Position numbers and translations under genes: made by a program. From Fidelibacterota bacterium (GTDB lineage: Bacteria > Fidelibacterota > Marinisomatia > Marinisomatales > TCS55): a stretch of DNA of 64,000 bases. Every line of letters starts with the position of its first letter. Within the stretch, counting starts at the first letter, position 1. Shown here one piece after another: positions 1-8,710 of the stretch. The DNA lies in the NCBI GenBank assembly GCA_046861385.1, contig JBHHTW010000001.1, forward strand, positions 64,001-128,000, written 5' to 3'. Below the pieces are notes generated by a model. The model was given only the letters and a program-made list of their open reading frames with translations, had not been told where the DNA came from and did no database searches.

Positions 1-556
1 GGCTTTTCAACGAGTTATGGAGACAGATAATGATCATTTAAAATCCAAAGCATTTTATAATTTGGGAAACACGATGGCTAAAATGGAAAAGTATGAAGAT
101 GCGATAGAATTATATCGAAAGGCGTTAGAATTAAATCCAAATGATCAGGATGCTAAGCATAATTATGAAATGCTTCGATATGAGAAGAAACAGCAGCAGC
201 AAAATCAAGAAAATCAAGATAAAGATTCGGAAAATCAGGAGCAAAAAAAAGATCAACAACCCCAGGACGACCAACAGAAAGAAAATAATCAAAATCAGGA
301 TCAATCGCAGGAAGACTCACAGGAAAAGAAGGAGGATAAGCAATCTCAAAAACAGAATGAGCAAAATGAAGATCAGTCTCTGGATCAAAATCAGCAAAAT
401 GAACCGCAACAGAAACAAGCAGAGGAAAATCAGGAAAAAAAGCAGGATTTACAGAATGCTCAGGCTATTTTAGATGCCCTAAAAAAGGATGAAAAAGTGA
501 ATCTAAATCGACAAATGGTCCGAGCTCGATCAAGAAAACTGGAGAAAGATTGGTAA
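1..556 (+). CDS. batC: TPR protein with Gln/Asp/Glu-rich linker, BatC-like (5' end outside window)
   Basis: TPR motif AFYNLGN...AIELYRKALELNPNDQDAKHNYE, Q-rich linker, C-terminal EKDW; frame open back to position 2; directly precedes batD/batE-like genes. Confidence 0.65.
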   Translation, partial: AFQRVMETDNDHLKSKAFYNLGNTMAKMEKYEDAIELYRKALELNPNDQDAKHNYEMLRYEKKQQQQNQENQDKDSENQEQKKDQQPQDDQQKENNQNQDQSQEDSQEKKEDKQSQKQNEQNEDQSLDQNQQNEPQQKQAEENQEKKQDLQNAQAILDALKKDEKVNLNRQMVRARSRKLEKDW

Positions 557-2256
557 TGCGGATTATTCTGCCAATCGTTTTATTATTTCAAGTCGTTCTC
601 GGGCAGTCAGTTACTGCTTCAGTGGATGTTAATCAACTGGCTGTCAATGAAACATTTACGTTAAAAATTGAAGCAAAAGATGCTGAGAATATGCCGAGAG
701 TGGAACTATCTGCTTTAGGAAAAAATTTCACTGTTGTGAGCGGTCCCGCCCAACAGACCAGTTACCAATGGATTAACGGTAAAGCCACATCCAGTAAAAC
801 ATTAACATGGACATTGATTCCCAATAAGAAGGGCGTTTTGACGATTCCATCATTGGCTGTTTCTCTCGATGGAAAACAATTCAAAACAAAACCCATAAGA
901 ATGAACATCAAAGATTCGGGGCAGGTGGCGAATAAGGATGAATTATTTTTGCTGGCCGAGTTGGATAAAAAAGAAGCATTTGTTGGTGAACAAATCACAG
1001 TAGTCTATAAATTATATACACGCGTGCAAATGAGTTTGGAAAATATTCACTACCCGGAAAGTGTGGGTTTTTGGTCAGAAGAGCTATCCGTCCCGCGTCC
1101 TCCGCGATTTAACCAGATTACCATTAGCGGCGTTCGTTACAATGTGGCTACACTTTATAAAATAGCCCTTTTTCCAACCAAGACAGGAGAGTTGGAATTG
1201 ACACCTATGACTGTCAGTTGCAATGTTCAGGTAAAAAAGAAGCGCCGTCAACGGAGTGTTTTTGATGATCCGTTTTTTAATTCATTTTTCAATGAAACAG
1301 TACAGAAAGTATTGAGAACAGAACCAACAGTCATATCCGTGAAACAATTCCCGGATGGTAAACCAACCAGTTTTACCGGGGCCGTGGGCGAATTTAAACT
1401 ATCTACCTGGGTCGATTCGGATCAAGTGAAAGCAAACGAAGCAATCACGTATACAGTGGAACTCAAAGGCACCGGAAACCTAAACATGTTCAATATACCG
1501 GAATTAAATTTTCCGGAAATGATGGAGGTATTTCCTCCTACGACCACCTTTGATCAGGAACAACTTTGGGATCAGTTCACCGGAACGATGAAGTGGGAAT
1601 ACATTATCATCCCCAGACAAGCAGGGAAGGCCTTTTTACCAAGAATTGAACTATCTTATTTTAATCCGAAAGATGAATCATTTAATACCATTAACTCCAA
1701 ATCCATAGAACTGAATATCGCACCGGCGAAAGAACAATTCATCACGGGAACATCAGGTTTTACGAAAAATGAAATTACACTGTTGGGACAGGATATTCAT
1801 TACAATGTCACTACTCCTCCGTCTTGGATTGAGCGAGGCAGCAGAGGGATTCCCCTGTGGGTTTTAACGAGTTATTTCCTAACAGCTGGGCTTTTCCTGG
1901 CACCGGTTACGTTGACCCGTTATCGGTCCAAAAGATTGGCTACGGCTGGGTTACGCAGGTCTCAACGGGCGCTGAAGAAAGCTAAAAAATCACTTCAAGC
2001 CCAATCAAATCTGGATAAAATTGCTCTTGCAGCTTATACCTACCTGAAAGAGCGTTGGCAGCTGAAGTCAGAAAATTTAGATCCTTTAACTGTTGAAAAT
2101 GAATTAAATGGTTTATTGCCGCCTGAAGTACTTTCGGATCTTGTTCACCTGTTAAAAACATTTGACGCAGCGCGTTACGCACCCACGATGAATAAGGAAG
2201 AAAATCTTGCCAATACTGCATTGAAAATATTAAAAAAGGTAGACCAGTATTCATGA
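556..2256 (+). CDS. batD: BatD family protein
   Basis: Signal peptide, Ig-like repeats (SYQWING, FVGEQITVVYKLY, FTGAVGEF), C-terminal TM and ARYAP; ATG at 556 overlaps upstream TAA. Confidence 0.85.
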   Translation: MRIILPIVLLFQVVLGQSVTASVDVNQLAVNETFTLKIEAKDAENMPRVELSALGKNFTVVSGPAQQTSYQWINGKATSSKTLTWTLIPNKKGVLTIPSLAVSLDGKQFKTKPIRMNIKDSGQVANKDELFLLAELDKKEAFVGEQITVVYKLYTRVQMSLENIHYPESVGFWSEELSVPRPPRFNQITISGVRYNVATLYKIALFPTKTGELELTPMTVSCNVQVKKKRRQRSVFDDPFFNSFFNETVQKVLRTEPTVISVKQFPDGKPTSFTGAVGEFKLSTWVDSDQVKANEAITYTVELKGTGNLNMFNIPELNFPEMMEVFPPTTTFDQEQLWDQFTGTMKWEYIIIPRQAGKAFLPRIELSYFNPKDESFNTINSKSIELNIAPAKEQFITGTSGFTKNEITLLGQDIHYNVTTPPSWIERGSRGIPLWVLTSYFLTAGLFLAPVTLTRYRSKRLATAGLRRSQRALKKAKKSLQAQSNLDKIALAAYTYLKERWQLKSENLDPLTVENELNGLLPPEVLSDLVHLLKTFDAARYAPTMNKEENLANTALKILKKVDQYS

Positions 2257-2990
2257 AGTGTTTCCTCATCACTCTTTTTATATCGAATGTGTTTGCGATG
2301 AATGCCGACAGCCTCTTTATACAGGGGAATACTTATTTTGAAAATGACCAATACGCTCGATCTGCTCGTACCTTTGAACGACTATTGTCATTAGCAGAGC
2401 ATGAGGATCTTTATTATAATTTGGGAAATGCTTATTACAGAATGGGGGAAGTTGGATTTGCTGTCTGGGCCTATGAAAAAGGTCTTCAATTCGATCCAAG
2501 GAATAAGGACATTAAACATAATTTGGAATTGGTTAACACCCGTGTGAAAGATCGTATTGAGGTTCCGGAAGGGTTTGTGCTGTTAGATTGGTATAGAAGT
2601 ATAAAAAATTCAACGACAGTGAATGATTTGCTTGCATGGGGAAGTGGTTTTTTACTATTAGTCGGAATGATATATTTTTTCAGACAGTTCAGATTTATTG
2701 GGCGCCGTACATCTTTTAGATTGCAAACAACGCTGGTTGTACTGACAATCCTCGTCCATAGTATATGTCTCGATAAATATTGGGATGTTACCGATACTGA
2801 AGAAGGGGTGATTGTATCCCAAACTGTCAATGTATATTCTATTCCGGCAATTCGGGATGAAATGATGGTATTTAAAGTCCATGAAGGATTAAAAGTAGAA
2901 ATCACTCAATATCAGGACCATTGGATAGAAATTATTTTACTGGATGGAAAAAAAGGATGGATACCGGATAATACATTCAGAGCATTGTGA
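2253..2990 (+). CDS. batE: BatE-like TPR + SH3 domain protein
   Basis: TPR (LYYNLGNAYYR), two TM segments, C-terminal SH3b-like (VHEGLKVEI...W.EI...DGKKGWI). Confidence 0.8.
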   Translation: MKCFLITLFISNVFAMNADSLFIQGNTYFENDQYARSARTFERLLSLAEHEDLYYNLGNAYYRMGEVGFAVWAYEKGLQFDPRNKDIKHNLELVNTRVKDRIEVPEGFVLLDWYRSIKNSTTVNDLLAWGSGFLLLVGMIYFFRQFRFIGRRTSFRLQTTLVVLTILVHSICLDKYWDVTDTEEGVIVSQTVNVYSIPAIRDEMMVFKVHEGLKVEITQYQDHWIEIILLDGKKGWIPDNTFRAL

Positions 2991-2994
2991 TAAG

Positions 2995-3510
2995 ATGAAC
3001 CACGTAAAACTTAAATATTTGAAAAGTAAAATTTGGACTGCATTATTAAATAATTACGGGAGTACATTTATTTTCATGTTTCTACTTTCTTTTTCATTTC
3101 CGCAAGAATCTGATCCCAATAAGATATTCGACCCGGATCAACATAGGGATATCCAGCCCAAGTGGCCGGTTATTGTCAATAGCGTTTTTCAAAGCGACAA
3201 TGCCATTGACTCCATTTTAACTTCGGATACTGTCTATTGGATCACCGAAGGATTTCGAGTGCAGATTCTTGCAACCAAGTCTATGACAAAAGCTGACTCA
3301 TTGAGTGCCATATTAAATACCGTCTTACAGGATTCCATTTATGTCGTATATGAAACTCCAAATTATAAAGTACGGGTTGGTGACTATATTGTGAGAGCAG
3401 AAGCGGAGGAAACACGTCAATATTTAAGCAATATTGGGTACCCTTCCGCTTGGATAATTCGTACGCGGATTACTCCTCAACAGTCGGGGAAGATGATTCG
3501 AAACTATTAG
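2995..3510 (+). CDS. SPOR domain protein
   Basis: C-terminal GFRVQI...PNYKVRVGDY..RAEAE...GYPSAWI SPOR pattern; start uncertain (2995 or 3077). Confidence 0.75.
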   Translation: MNHVKLKYLKSKIWTALLNNYGSTFIFMFLLSFSFPQESDPNKIFDPDQHRDIQPKWPVIVNSVFQSDNAIDSILTSDTVYWITEGFRVQILATKSMTKADSLSAILNTVLQDSIYVVYETPNYKVRVGDYIVRAEAEETRQYLSNIGYPSAWIIRTRITPQQSGKMIRNY

Positions 3511-3515
3511 GATCA

Positions 3516-3629
3516 AGATTAGGAAAAGGAATTTGGATTAAGGAAAAATATAATATTTTCTTGATGGTTCCTTATTTCATCCATTTCATATTTTTTTAAA
3601 TCTTAATTCCTAATTCCATTTCGTAATCC
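3516..3629. repeat. Imperfect inverted repeat built from ~6-nt units
   Basis: AGATTAGGAAAAGGAATTTGGATTAAG (from 3516) aligns with reverse complement of 3602-3629 (GGATTACGAAATGGAATTAGGAATTAAG). Confidence 0.7.
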
Positions 3630-3646
3630 CTGAATATATAGAGGGA

Positions 3647-5473
3647 TTATTTTGGAATCCTAAGACAAAAAATATTTCCCGTTGGTTTATTTGGCTCAAC
3701 ACTTGCCTCTCCATTATGTGCTTGTGCAATTCGCTTTACAATAGCCAACCCAAGTCCCCGGCCTCGTTTTTTTCCTTCTTCCAGTTGAACGTTTCGTTTA
3801 AATATTTCCATCCGCTTATCTTCTGGGATGGTTGATCCAAAATCTTTGACACAAATGACGATGGTGTCTTTGTCTTTTCTATCTTCTACGACGATTCTTT
3901 TTCCATCACTGGCATATTTAATTGCATTGCTGATATAGTTCTTAAAAACTTCTGCAATAATGGGATTAGTATACGCCGGCAGTCTATCAGGAAGTTGCAA
4001 GTCCAAAGTCATTCCGTTATTGTTAAGCTGATTTGAAAATTCATCTGAAACACTTGTTATTATTTCAACAAGATCTAATTTCCGTTTCTCAATGCTTTCT
4101 CCCATAGATACTTTTGATAAAGTGGCTGCGTTTTCAATAACATTTATCAAACTATTGCAGCATTCGTCGATAGAATCCAACATTTCATTTTCCGGAAATT
4201 CCTCCTTCATCAATTCAGACATACCGCTGATAACACCTAATGGATTTTTTAAATCATGGGTGATAATATCCAACAATAATTCCTTCAGACTGTTTGCTTC
4301 GAATAACTCTGTAGAGAGAGTACGATATTTTTCTTCTGATTTTTCCAATTTCTCCCGGGCTTGTTTTAATTCAGTTATATCGCGGGAAACTCCCATAACA
4401 CCGATGAGTTCACCATCCTCATTCTTAAGTACTGATGCTGATAGAATACTTGGAAAAACCTCCCCGCTTTTTCTTTTATTGAGAATTTCTTGAACAAAAC
4501 TCCCTTCTTTAATTGTTGCTTTATGAGCTTTATCTCCCTTTTGTGGGTTTACATACAGCATATCAATTGGTTTGCCCAAAACATCTTCTCGATGATATCC
4601 AAAGGTTTTTTCGGCTGCTTGGTTAAACTCAGCGATCATCCTGTTTTTATCCACAGCTATGATCATATCTAATGAGCAATCAATAATGTTTTTCGCATAC
4701 TCCTGGGATGCCTTAAGTGCTTTTTTAATTTTCTTTTGTTCGGTTATATCCCGTGAAATTCCCATAACGCCGATTTCCTCCCCATGGGAATTACGTAAAA
4801 TTGAAGAAGCAAGCAGGCTTGGAAAAATAGCACCAGATTTATGCCGGTTTTGAATTTCATGCACACATCTTTTATCCTTTAGAGTTTTTTTATGTATCGC
4901 CAGTCCTTCAACTTTATCAGCGTATAAAAGGTTTATATGTTTACCCAAAACCTCTTCCCGCGAATATCCAAAAGATTCTTCTGCCATTTTATTAAACTCA
5001 ATAATTTTACGGTCATTATTCACGGCTACGATCATATCCATTGAACTTTGAATAATATTCCGATTATACTCCTGTATTGTCTTTATTTTTTTATCTTGTT
5101 GGTCTTTGTAAAGAGCAACTTCTATGACGTTTCGTAACTCTTTATCAACAATCGGTTTGATTATATAAGCAAATGGTTCAGTTCCTTTAGCACGCTGAAA
5201 AAGAGCATCGTCCTCATGTGCAGTGAGATAGACAACGGGAACATTACAAGTTTCACGTATCTTTGCTGCGGCTTCAATCCCGTCGATATCTCCTTCTAAT
5301 TGGATATCCATAATAACCAGGTCAGGAAGCAGATTTATAGCCAAATCGATTGCTTCTTTTCCAGTCGCGGCATGTCCAGCTACTCCGTAATCAAGACGCT
5401 TCATGGTTAGACAGAGAAGCTCAACCATGCTTGAATTATCTTCTACTATTAGAATATTTGCTTTATTAGACAT
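3647..5473 (-). CDS. Hybrid sensor kinase REC-PAS-PAS-HisKA-HATPase
   Basis: N-terminal receiver (ILIVED, DLVIMD, KP), two similar PAS/PAC units, H-box THDLKNPL, N-box NYISNAIKY, G-box GLGLAIVK. Confidence 0.9.
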   Translation of the reverse strand: MSNKANILIVEDNSSMVELLCLTMKRLDYGVAGHAATGKEAIDLAINLLPDLVIMDIQLEGDIDGIEAAAKIRETCNVPVVYLTAHEDDALFQRAKGTEPFAYIIKPIVDKELRNVIEVALYKDQQDKKIKTIQEYNRNIIQSSMDMIVAVNNDRKIIEFNKMAEESFGYSREEVLGKHINLLYADKVEGLAIHKKTLKDKRCVHEIQNRHKSGAIFPSLLASSILRNSHGEEIGVMGISRDITEQKKIKKALKASQEYAKNIIDCSLDMIIAVDKNRMIAEFNQAAEKTFGYHREDVLGKPIDMLYVNPQKGDKAHKATIKEGSFVQEILNKRKSGEVFPSILSASVLKNEDGELIGVMGVSRDITELKQAREKLEKSEEKYRTLSTELFEANSLKELLLDIITHDLKNPLGVISGMSELMKEEFPENEMLDSIDECCNSLINVIENAATLSKVSMGESIEKRKLDLVEIITSVSDEFSNQLNNNGMTLDLQLPDRLPAYTNPIIAEVFKNYISNAIKYASDGKRIVVEDRKDKDTIVICVKDFGSTIPEDKRMEIFKRNVQLEEGKKRGRGLGLAIVKRIAQAHNGEASVEPNKPTGNIFCLRIPK

Positions 5474-5590
5474 TTTATTCTCCTCAAGAAAATGCGTTAT
5501 TTATCTTAAAATTACCTGATAATTTACTGTATGCAATAAGTATTTATTCCGATAATGAAAGATTGTGAGAGGGAACACATTTATAAAATT

Positions 5591-5703
5591 GAAGAAATAA
5601 GTAAGAAGTAAAAAGGAAGAAAAAAAGAAGGAAACAGGTAAGCGGTGAGTGCCCGCCCGCCGTGGCGGGGTAACTGGTGAGCGGTAACTGGTAACTGGTG
5701 AGT
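5591..5703. repeat. Purine-rich array followed by 7-nt tandem array GGT(A/G)A(C/G)(T/C) x7 interrupted by a GC palindrome
   Basis: GGTAAGC GGTGAGT [GCCCGCCCGCCGTGGCGG] GGTAACT GGTGAGC GGTAACT GGTAACT GGTGAGT at 5637-5703. Confidence 0.85.
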
Positions 5704-5725
5704 GACGAAAAAGTAGCAGTGGTAG

Positions 5726-5842
5726 GAAGCCTCCTATACCGTCAGATTAAAACAATCTCTAGAAAAAGTACATAAAGGAAATGTACAATCCTTTGACAGC
5801 CCAAATGAATTGCTGAAAGCCATAGATTCTGCAGATGATTAA
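5726..5842 (+). pseudogene. Probable 3' remnant of a type II antitoxin
   Basis: Reads EASYTVRLKQSLEKVHKGNVQSFDSPNELLKAIDSADD*, resembling antitoxin C-termini; in-frame TAG at 5723 and no start; lies upstream of a RelE-family toxin. Confidence 0.5.
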
Positions 5843-5862
5843 TTGTTCTTTATAAATCATTC

Positions 5863-5987
5863 TGTCATTGCCGCATCCCGATGGTTTAATCGGGATGTGG
5901 CAATCTCCTTGGAAATGCTGGAAGAGGGGGATTGCCCCGACCTACGATGCGGGACTGTAAGCTTCATCGTTCTTCCTCGCATAGACA
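5863..5987. repeat. Palindromic element (GTCATTGC...GCAATCT...GATTGC...CTCGC..GAC type, RPE/MITE-like)
   Basis: 16-bp hairpin ATTGCCGCATCCCGAT/ATCGGGATGTGGCAAT (5867-5904, one G-T), second pair GGCAATCTCC/GGGGATTGCC, outer TGTC...GACA. Confidence 0.7.
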
Positions 5988-6004
5988 ATTATTGTGTTTT
6001 TCCC

Positions 6005-6056
6005 GTACTGCAGACATTCTTGTCTGCAGTAATACAGACAGGAATGTCTGTATTAC
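6005..6056. repeat. REP-like doublet (two inverted hairpins)
   Basis: TACTGCAGACA-TTCT-TGTCTGCAGTA (11-bp perfect stem) and GTAATACAGACA-GGAA-TGTCTGTATTAC (12-bp perfect stem); the two are near reverse complements. Confidence 0.85.
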
Positions 6057-6070
6057 AACCACAAGCAAGG

Positions 6071-6142
6071 GGATCACTTCGTCGTTTCACTTCTCGCCTG
6101 TTCGCCGGGTAGTGTAGGAGGATGATGACAATTATTGTGTTT
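6071..6142. repeat. Right half of a second palindromic element, ending in a 16-bp direct repeat
   Basis: GGATCACTTCGTCGTTTCACTTCTCGC...ATGACA; GACAATTATTGTGTTT occurs at 5984-5999 and 6127-6142. Confidence 0.55.
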
Positions 6143-6159
6143 GTGGAGGATTATTTTAA

Positions 6160-6459
6160 TTGTACACAATAAAAACGACATCTTCCTTTCTGCGAACGGC
6201 CAAAAAATTTTTCAATCGTCATCCGGAATTAAAAGAACGCTTTACCGCCATTATGGAATTATTACGTAAAGATCCCATAGCACAGGCACTGAAAATTCTT
6301 CCGTTGAGCGGAGAAATTATTGGCCTCCATGCAGCAAGCCTCACCTATAAATATAGAATTACACTCATTATTCGTTTTCCGGAAAAAGCAATCTTTTTGT
6401 GGATGTTAGAATGGCTATGGACTAAGATATTGCATGTAAATAATTACGATAACCTTTAA
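6160..6459 (+). pseudogene. RelE/ParE/YafQ-family toxin, probably frameshifted near C-terminus
   Basis: Y.I.TT.SF.R.AKKF...HPEL...LL..DP....L...L.G...GLHA.SL.Y.YRI pattern; expected L-D-I-G tail appears as GTG GAT GTT in another frame after a T run near 6393-6398; TTG start with GGAGGA. Confidence 0.7.
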
Positions 6460-6475
6460 CTGATCCAAGAATTGA

Positions 6476-6712
6476 ACATCCTACGGAGTTCGAACATTTT
6501 TCCTTATTGGTGCTATAAACATGCAACCTCTACGAGGTTTTGTATTATGTTAATCGGACTCCGTTTGGAGTTAAATATTTAGAGCACATGAATACCAAAA
6601 AGAAAGCAATCCATACGAGGTTTTGTATTATGTTAATCAGACTCCGTCTGGAGTTAAATAATTATAACATATAAATACCAAAAAGAAAACAACGCCGTGA
6701 GGTGTTGAATAA
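6476..6712. repeat. Array of small hairpins with a 79-bp tandem duplication (83-bp period)
   Basis: 6531-6609 and 6614-6692 are near-identical; contain AACCTC-TAC-GAGGTT and ACTCC-GTTT-GGAGT palindromes. Confidence 0.85.
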
Positions 6713-6728
6713 TATTTTGGAATATTTT

Positions 6729-6791
6729 TTATCCTAACTCTTAATTCATATTCTTAATCTTTATCCAATTTCCATAATTTATCCTAATCCC
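6729..6791. repeat. Degenerate ~6-nt tandem array (TAATCC/TAATTC-like)
   Basis: TTATCCTAACTCTTAATTCATATTCTTAATCTTTATCC...TTATCCTAATCCC; same style as 3596-3630. Confidence 0.6.
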
Positions 6792-6858
6792 TCGTTCCTT
6801 TTAACCCACTATCTTTTGTATTTTTTATATTCAATTTTAATCATATTTCAGAGGAATA

Positions 6859-7584
6859 ATGTCCGGACACAGTAAATGGGCGACCATTAAGCGTAAAAAA
6901 GCCGCTACCGATGCCAAACGCAGCAAGGTTTTTACTACGATTATTAAAGAAATAACGATTGCCGCCAGAGAAGGCGGTGGGGACGCAGAAAGCAATCCAA
7001 GACTACGCCAAGCTATCTCCAATGCCAAATCAGCGAATATGCCCTCTGACAACATCACCCGCGCCATCAAAAAAGGAACGGGAGAACTTCCGGGGGTGAA
7101 TTATGAAGAAGGAACGTATGAAGGATACGGCCCTGCCGGAGTAGCGATTTTTATGGACTGCCTGACGGATAATAAAAAACGTACAGTTGCAGAAATCCGC
7201 CATCTTATCACCAAATACGGCGGCAACCTTGGAGAAAATGGTTCTGTCGCATGGATGTTTGATAAAAAGGGACAAATAACTCTCAATGGAAATGACCTGG
7301 TGGAAGATACCGTTTTTGAAGCTGCATTGGACGCAGGCGCTGAAGACTTTGAAGTGGAAGGAGATACCTTTATTATTTCGACGGATCCGGGAGATTTAAT
7401 GTCTGTCCGCGACACTTTGGAAAGCCAGGGATATGAGATTGAATCGGCCACTGTGGATATGATACCGAATAATTTACAGAAAGTTGAGAGCGATAAAGAA
7501 CCGTCTGTTTTGAATTTGTTGGAAGCTTTGGAGGATCATGACGATATTAAAGCTGTTTATACTAATTTTGATTCTGAGGACTGA
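6859..7584 (+). CDS. yebC: YebC/PmpR family protein
   Basis: MSGHSKWATIKRKK, YEGYGPAGVA, precedes ruvC. Confidence 0.95.
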   Translation: MSGHSKWATIKRKKAATDAKRSKVFTTIIKEITIAAREGGGDAESNPRLRQAISNAKSANMPSDNITRAIKKGTGELPGVNYEEGTYEGYGPAGVAIFMDCLTDNKKRTVAEIRHLITKYGGNLGENGSVAWMFDKKGQITLNGNDLVEDTVFEAALDAGAEDFEVEGDTFIISTDPGDLMSVRDTLESQGYEIESATVDMIPNNLQKVESDKEPSVLNLLEALEDHDDIKAVYTNFDSED

Positions 7585-8063
7585 TGCGGGTTATCGGATT
7601 TGATCCAGGAATTAATCATACTGGTTTTGGGATTCTTGATTACAATAATAGAAGTGCGAAAGCCCATGGTTATGGAGTCATCAGACCCCCACAAAAAAAA
7701 CCGCTATCTGAACGGCTGGAATATCTACATAATGAAACGATGAAGCTGCTGGAAGAGTTCAAACCGGATGTAGTGGCGGTCGAAGATTCATTTTATTCAA
7801 ATAATTTTAAATCAGCACTTATGCTTGGACAAGCTCGGGGAATGGTGATTTTGGCATCTGCTAGACGGAAAATACCATGTTCAGAATTTGCTCCGAGAAA
7901 AGTAAAACAATCCGTTGTTGGGAATGGAAATGCCAGTAAAGAACAAGTTCAGTACATGGTGCAAAATATTCTCAAATTAAAAGAAATACCAACACCATTT
8001 GATTCATCAGATGCCTTAGCTGTAGGGATTTGTTACATTAACCAATTTAAATTCACTCTATGA
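7584..8063 (+). CDS. ruvC: Holliday junction resolvase RuvC
   Basis: IGFDPG, LGQARG, VGNGNASKEQV, DALAV motifs. Confidence 0.95.
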   Translation: MRVIGFDPGINHTGFGILDYNNRSAKAHGYGVIRPPQKKPLSERLEYLHNETMKLLEEFKPDVVAVEDSFYSNNFKSALMLGQARGMVILASARRKIPCSEFAPRKVKQSVVGNGNASKEQVQYMVQNILKLKEIPTPFDSSDALAVGICYINQFKFTL

Positions 8064-8650
8064 TTGACTCAATAAAAGGGCCTATTCATTATAAGGATCC
8101 AACATCGGTTGTTTTGGATATGCAAGGGTTGCGTTTAAAGGTATCCATCACTGTAGCTGCTTATAATTCTCTTCCGGACAAGGGGATGGTTACAGAGTTA
8201 TTGACCTACCTCAATGTCCGTGAGGACGTCCTGGAGTTGTATGGATTTTCAAATACCGAGGAACGAAATATGTTTTTAATGCTGAATACAATCAGCGGAA
8301 TCGGTCCTCGATCAGCCATGAATATCCTATCCGGATCTAATCCGACTGAATTCAAAAAGAATATTATCGCAGGTGATGTGAAATCTTTAACTGTTATTCC
8401 GGGGATTGGGACCAAAACAGCTAAGCGAATTATTGTCGAACTGAAAGAAAAGTTTGTAGATCAGGATGATGATAATATGGACTTTATGTTGGGTGCCGAT
8501 GATGGAAAAGCCGGCGATGCGATTATTGCTCTAATGTCTCTGGGGTACAAGAGAGGACATGTGAATCAGGCAATCCGCACTTTAGAATTAGCCGGCGAAT
8601 TGAATGGAAGCATCGAAGACATTATCAAAAAAGCGTTAAAAAAGCTATAA
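8060..8650 (+). CDS. ruvA: Holliday junction branch migration protein RuvA
   Basis: VRED..ELYGF, ISGIGPRSA, IPGIGTKTAKRIIVELK, ALMSLGY. Confidence 0.95.
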   Translation: MIDSIKGPIHYKDPTSVVLDMQGLRLKVSITVAAYNSLPDKGMVTELLTYLNVREDVLELYGFSNTEERNMFLMLNTISGIGPRSAMNILSGSNPTEFKKNIIAGDVKSLTVIPGIGTKTAKRIIVELKEKFVDQDDDNMDFMLGADDGKAGDAIIALMSLGYKRGHVNQAIRTLELAGELNGSIEDIIKKALKKL

Positions 8651-8653
8651 GAC

Positions 8654-8685
8654 TGATTGAATGATTGGCTGATTGGTAGATTGGT
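8654..8685 (+). repeat. Left arm: 4 x 8-nt array (TGATTGGN)
   Basis: TGATTGAA TGATTGGC TGATTGGT AGATTGGT. Confidence 0.85.
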
Positions 8686-8710
8686 GTGAATTAATGATGA
8701 TAGGAATTTT

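Noticed and set aside
141-473. Lys/Ile/Arg-rich overlapping ORF
   Set aside because: Alternate-frame shadow of the low-complexity Gln-rich linker
5843-6117. Two short ORFs (89 and 61 aa)
   Set aside because: They run through palindromic repeats and show no protein-like motifs
6531-6692. CRISPR array
   Set aside because: Only two long units, with near-identical rather than unique spacers, and no cas genes
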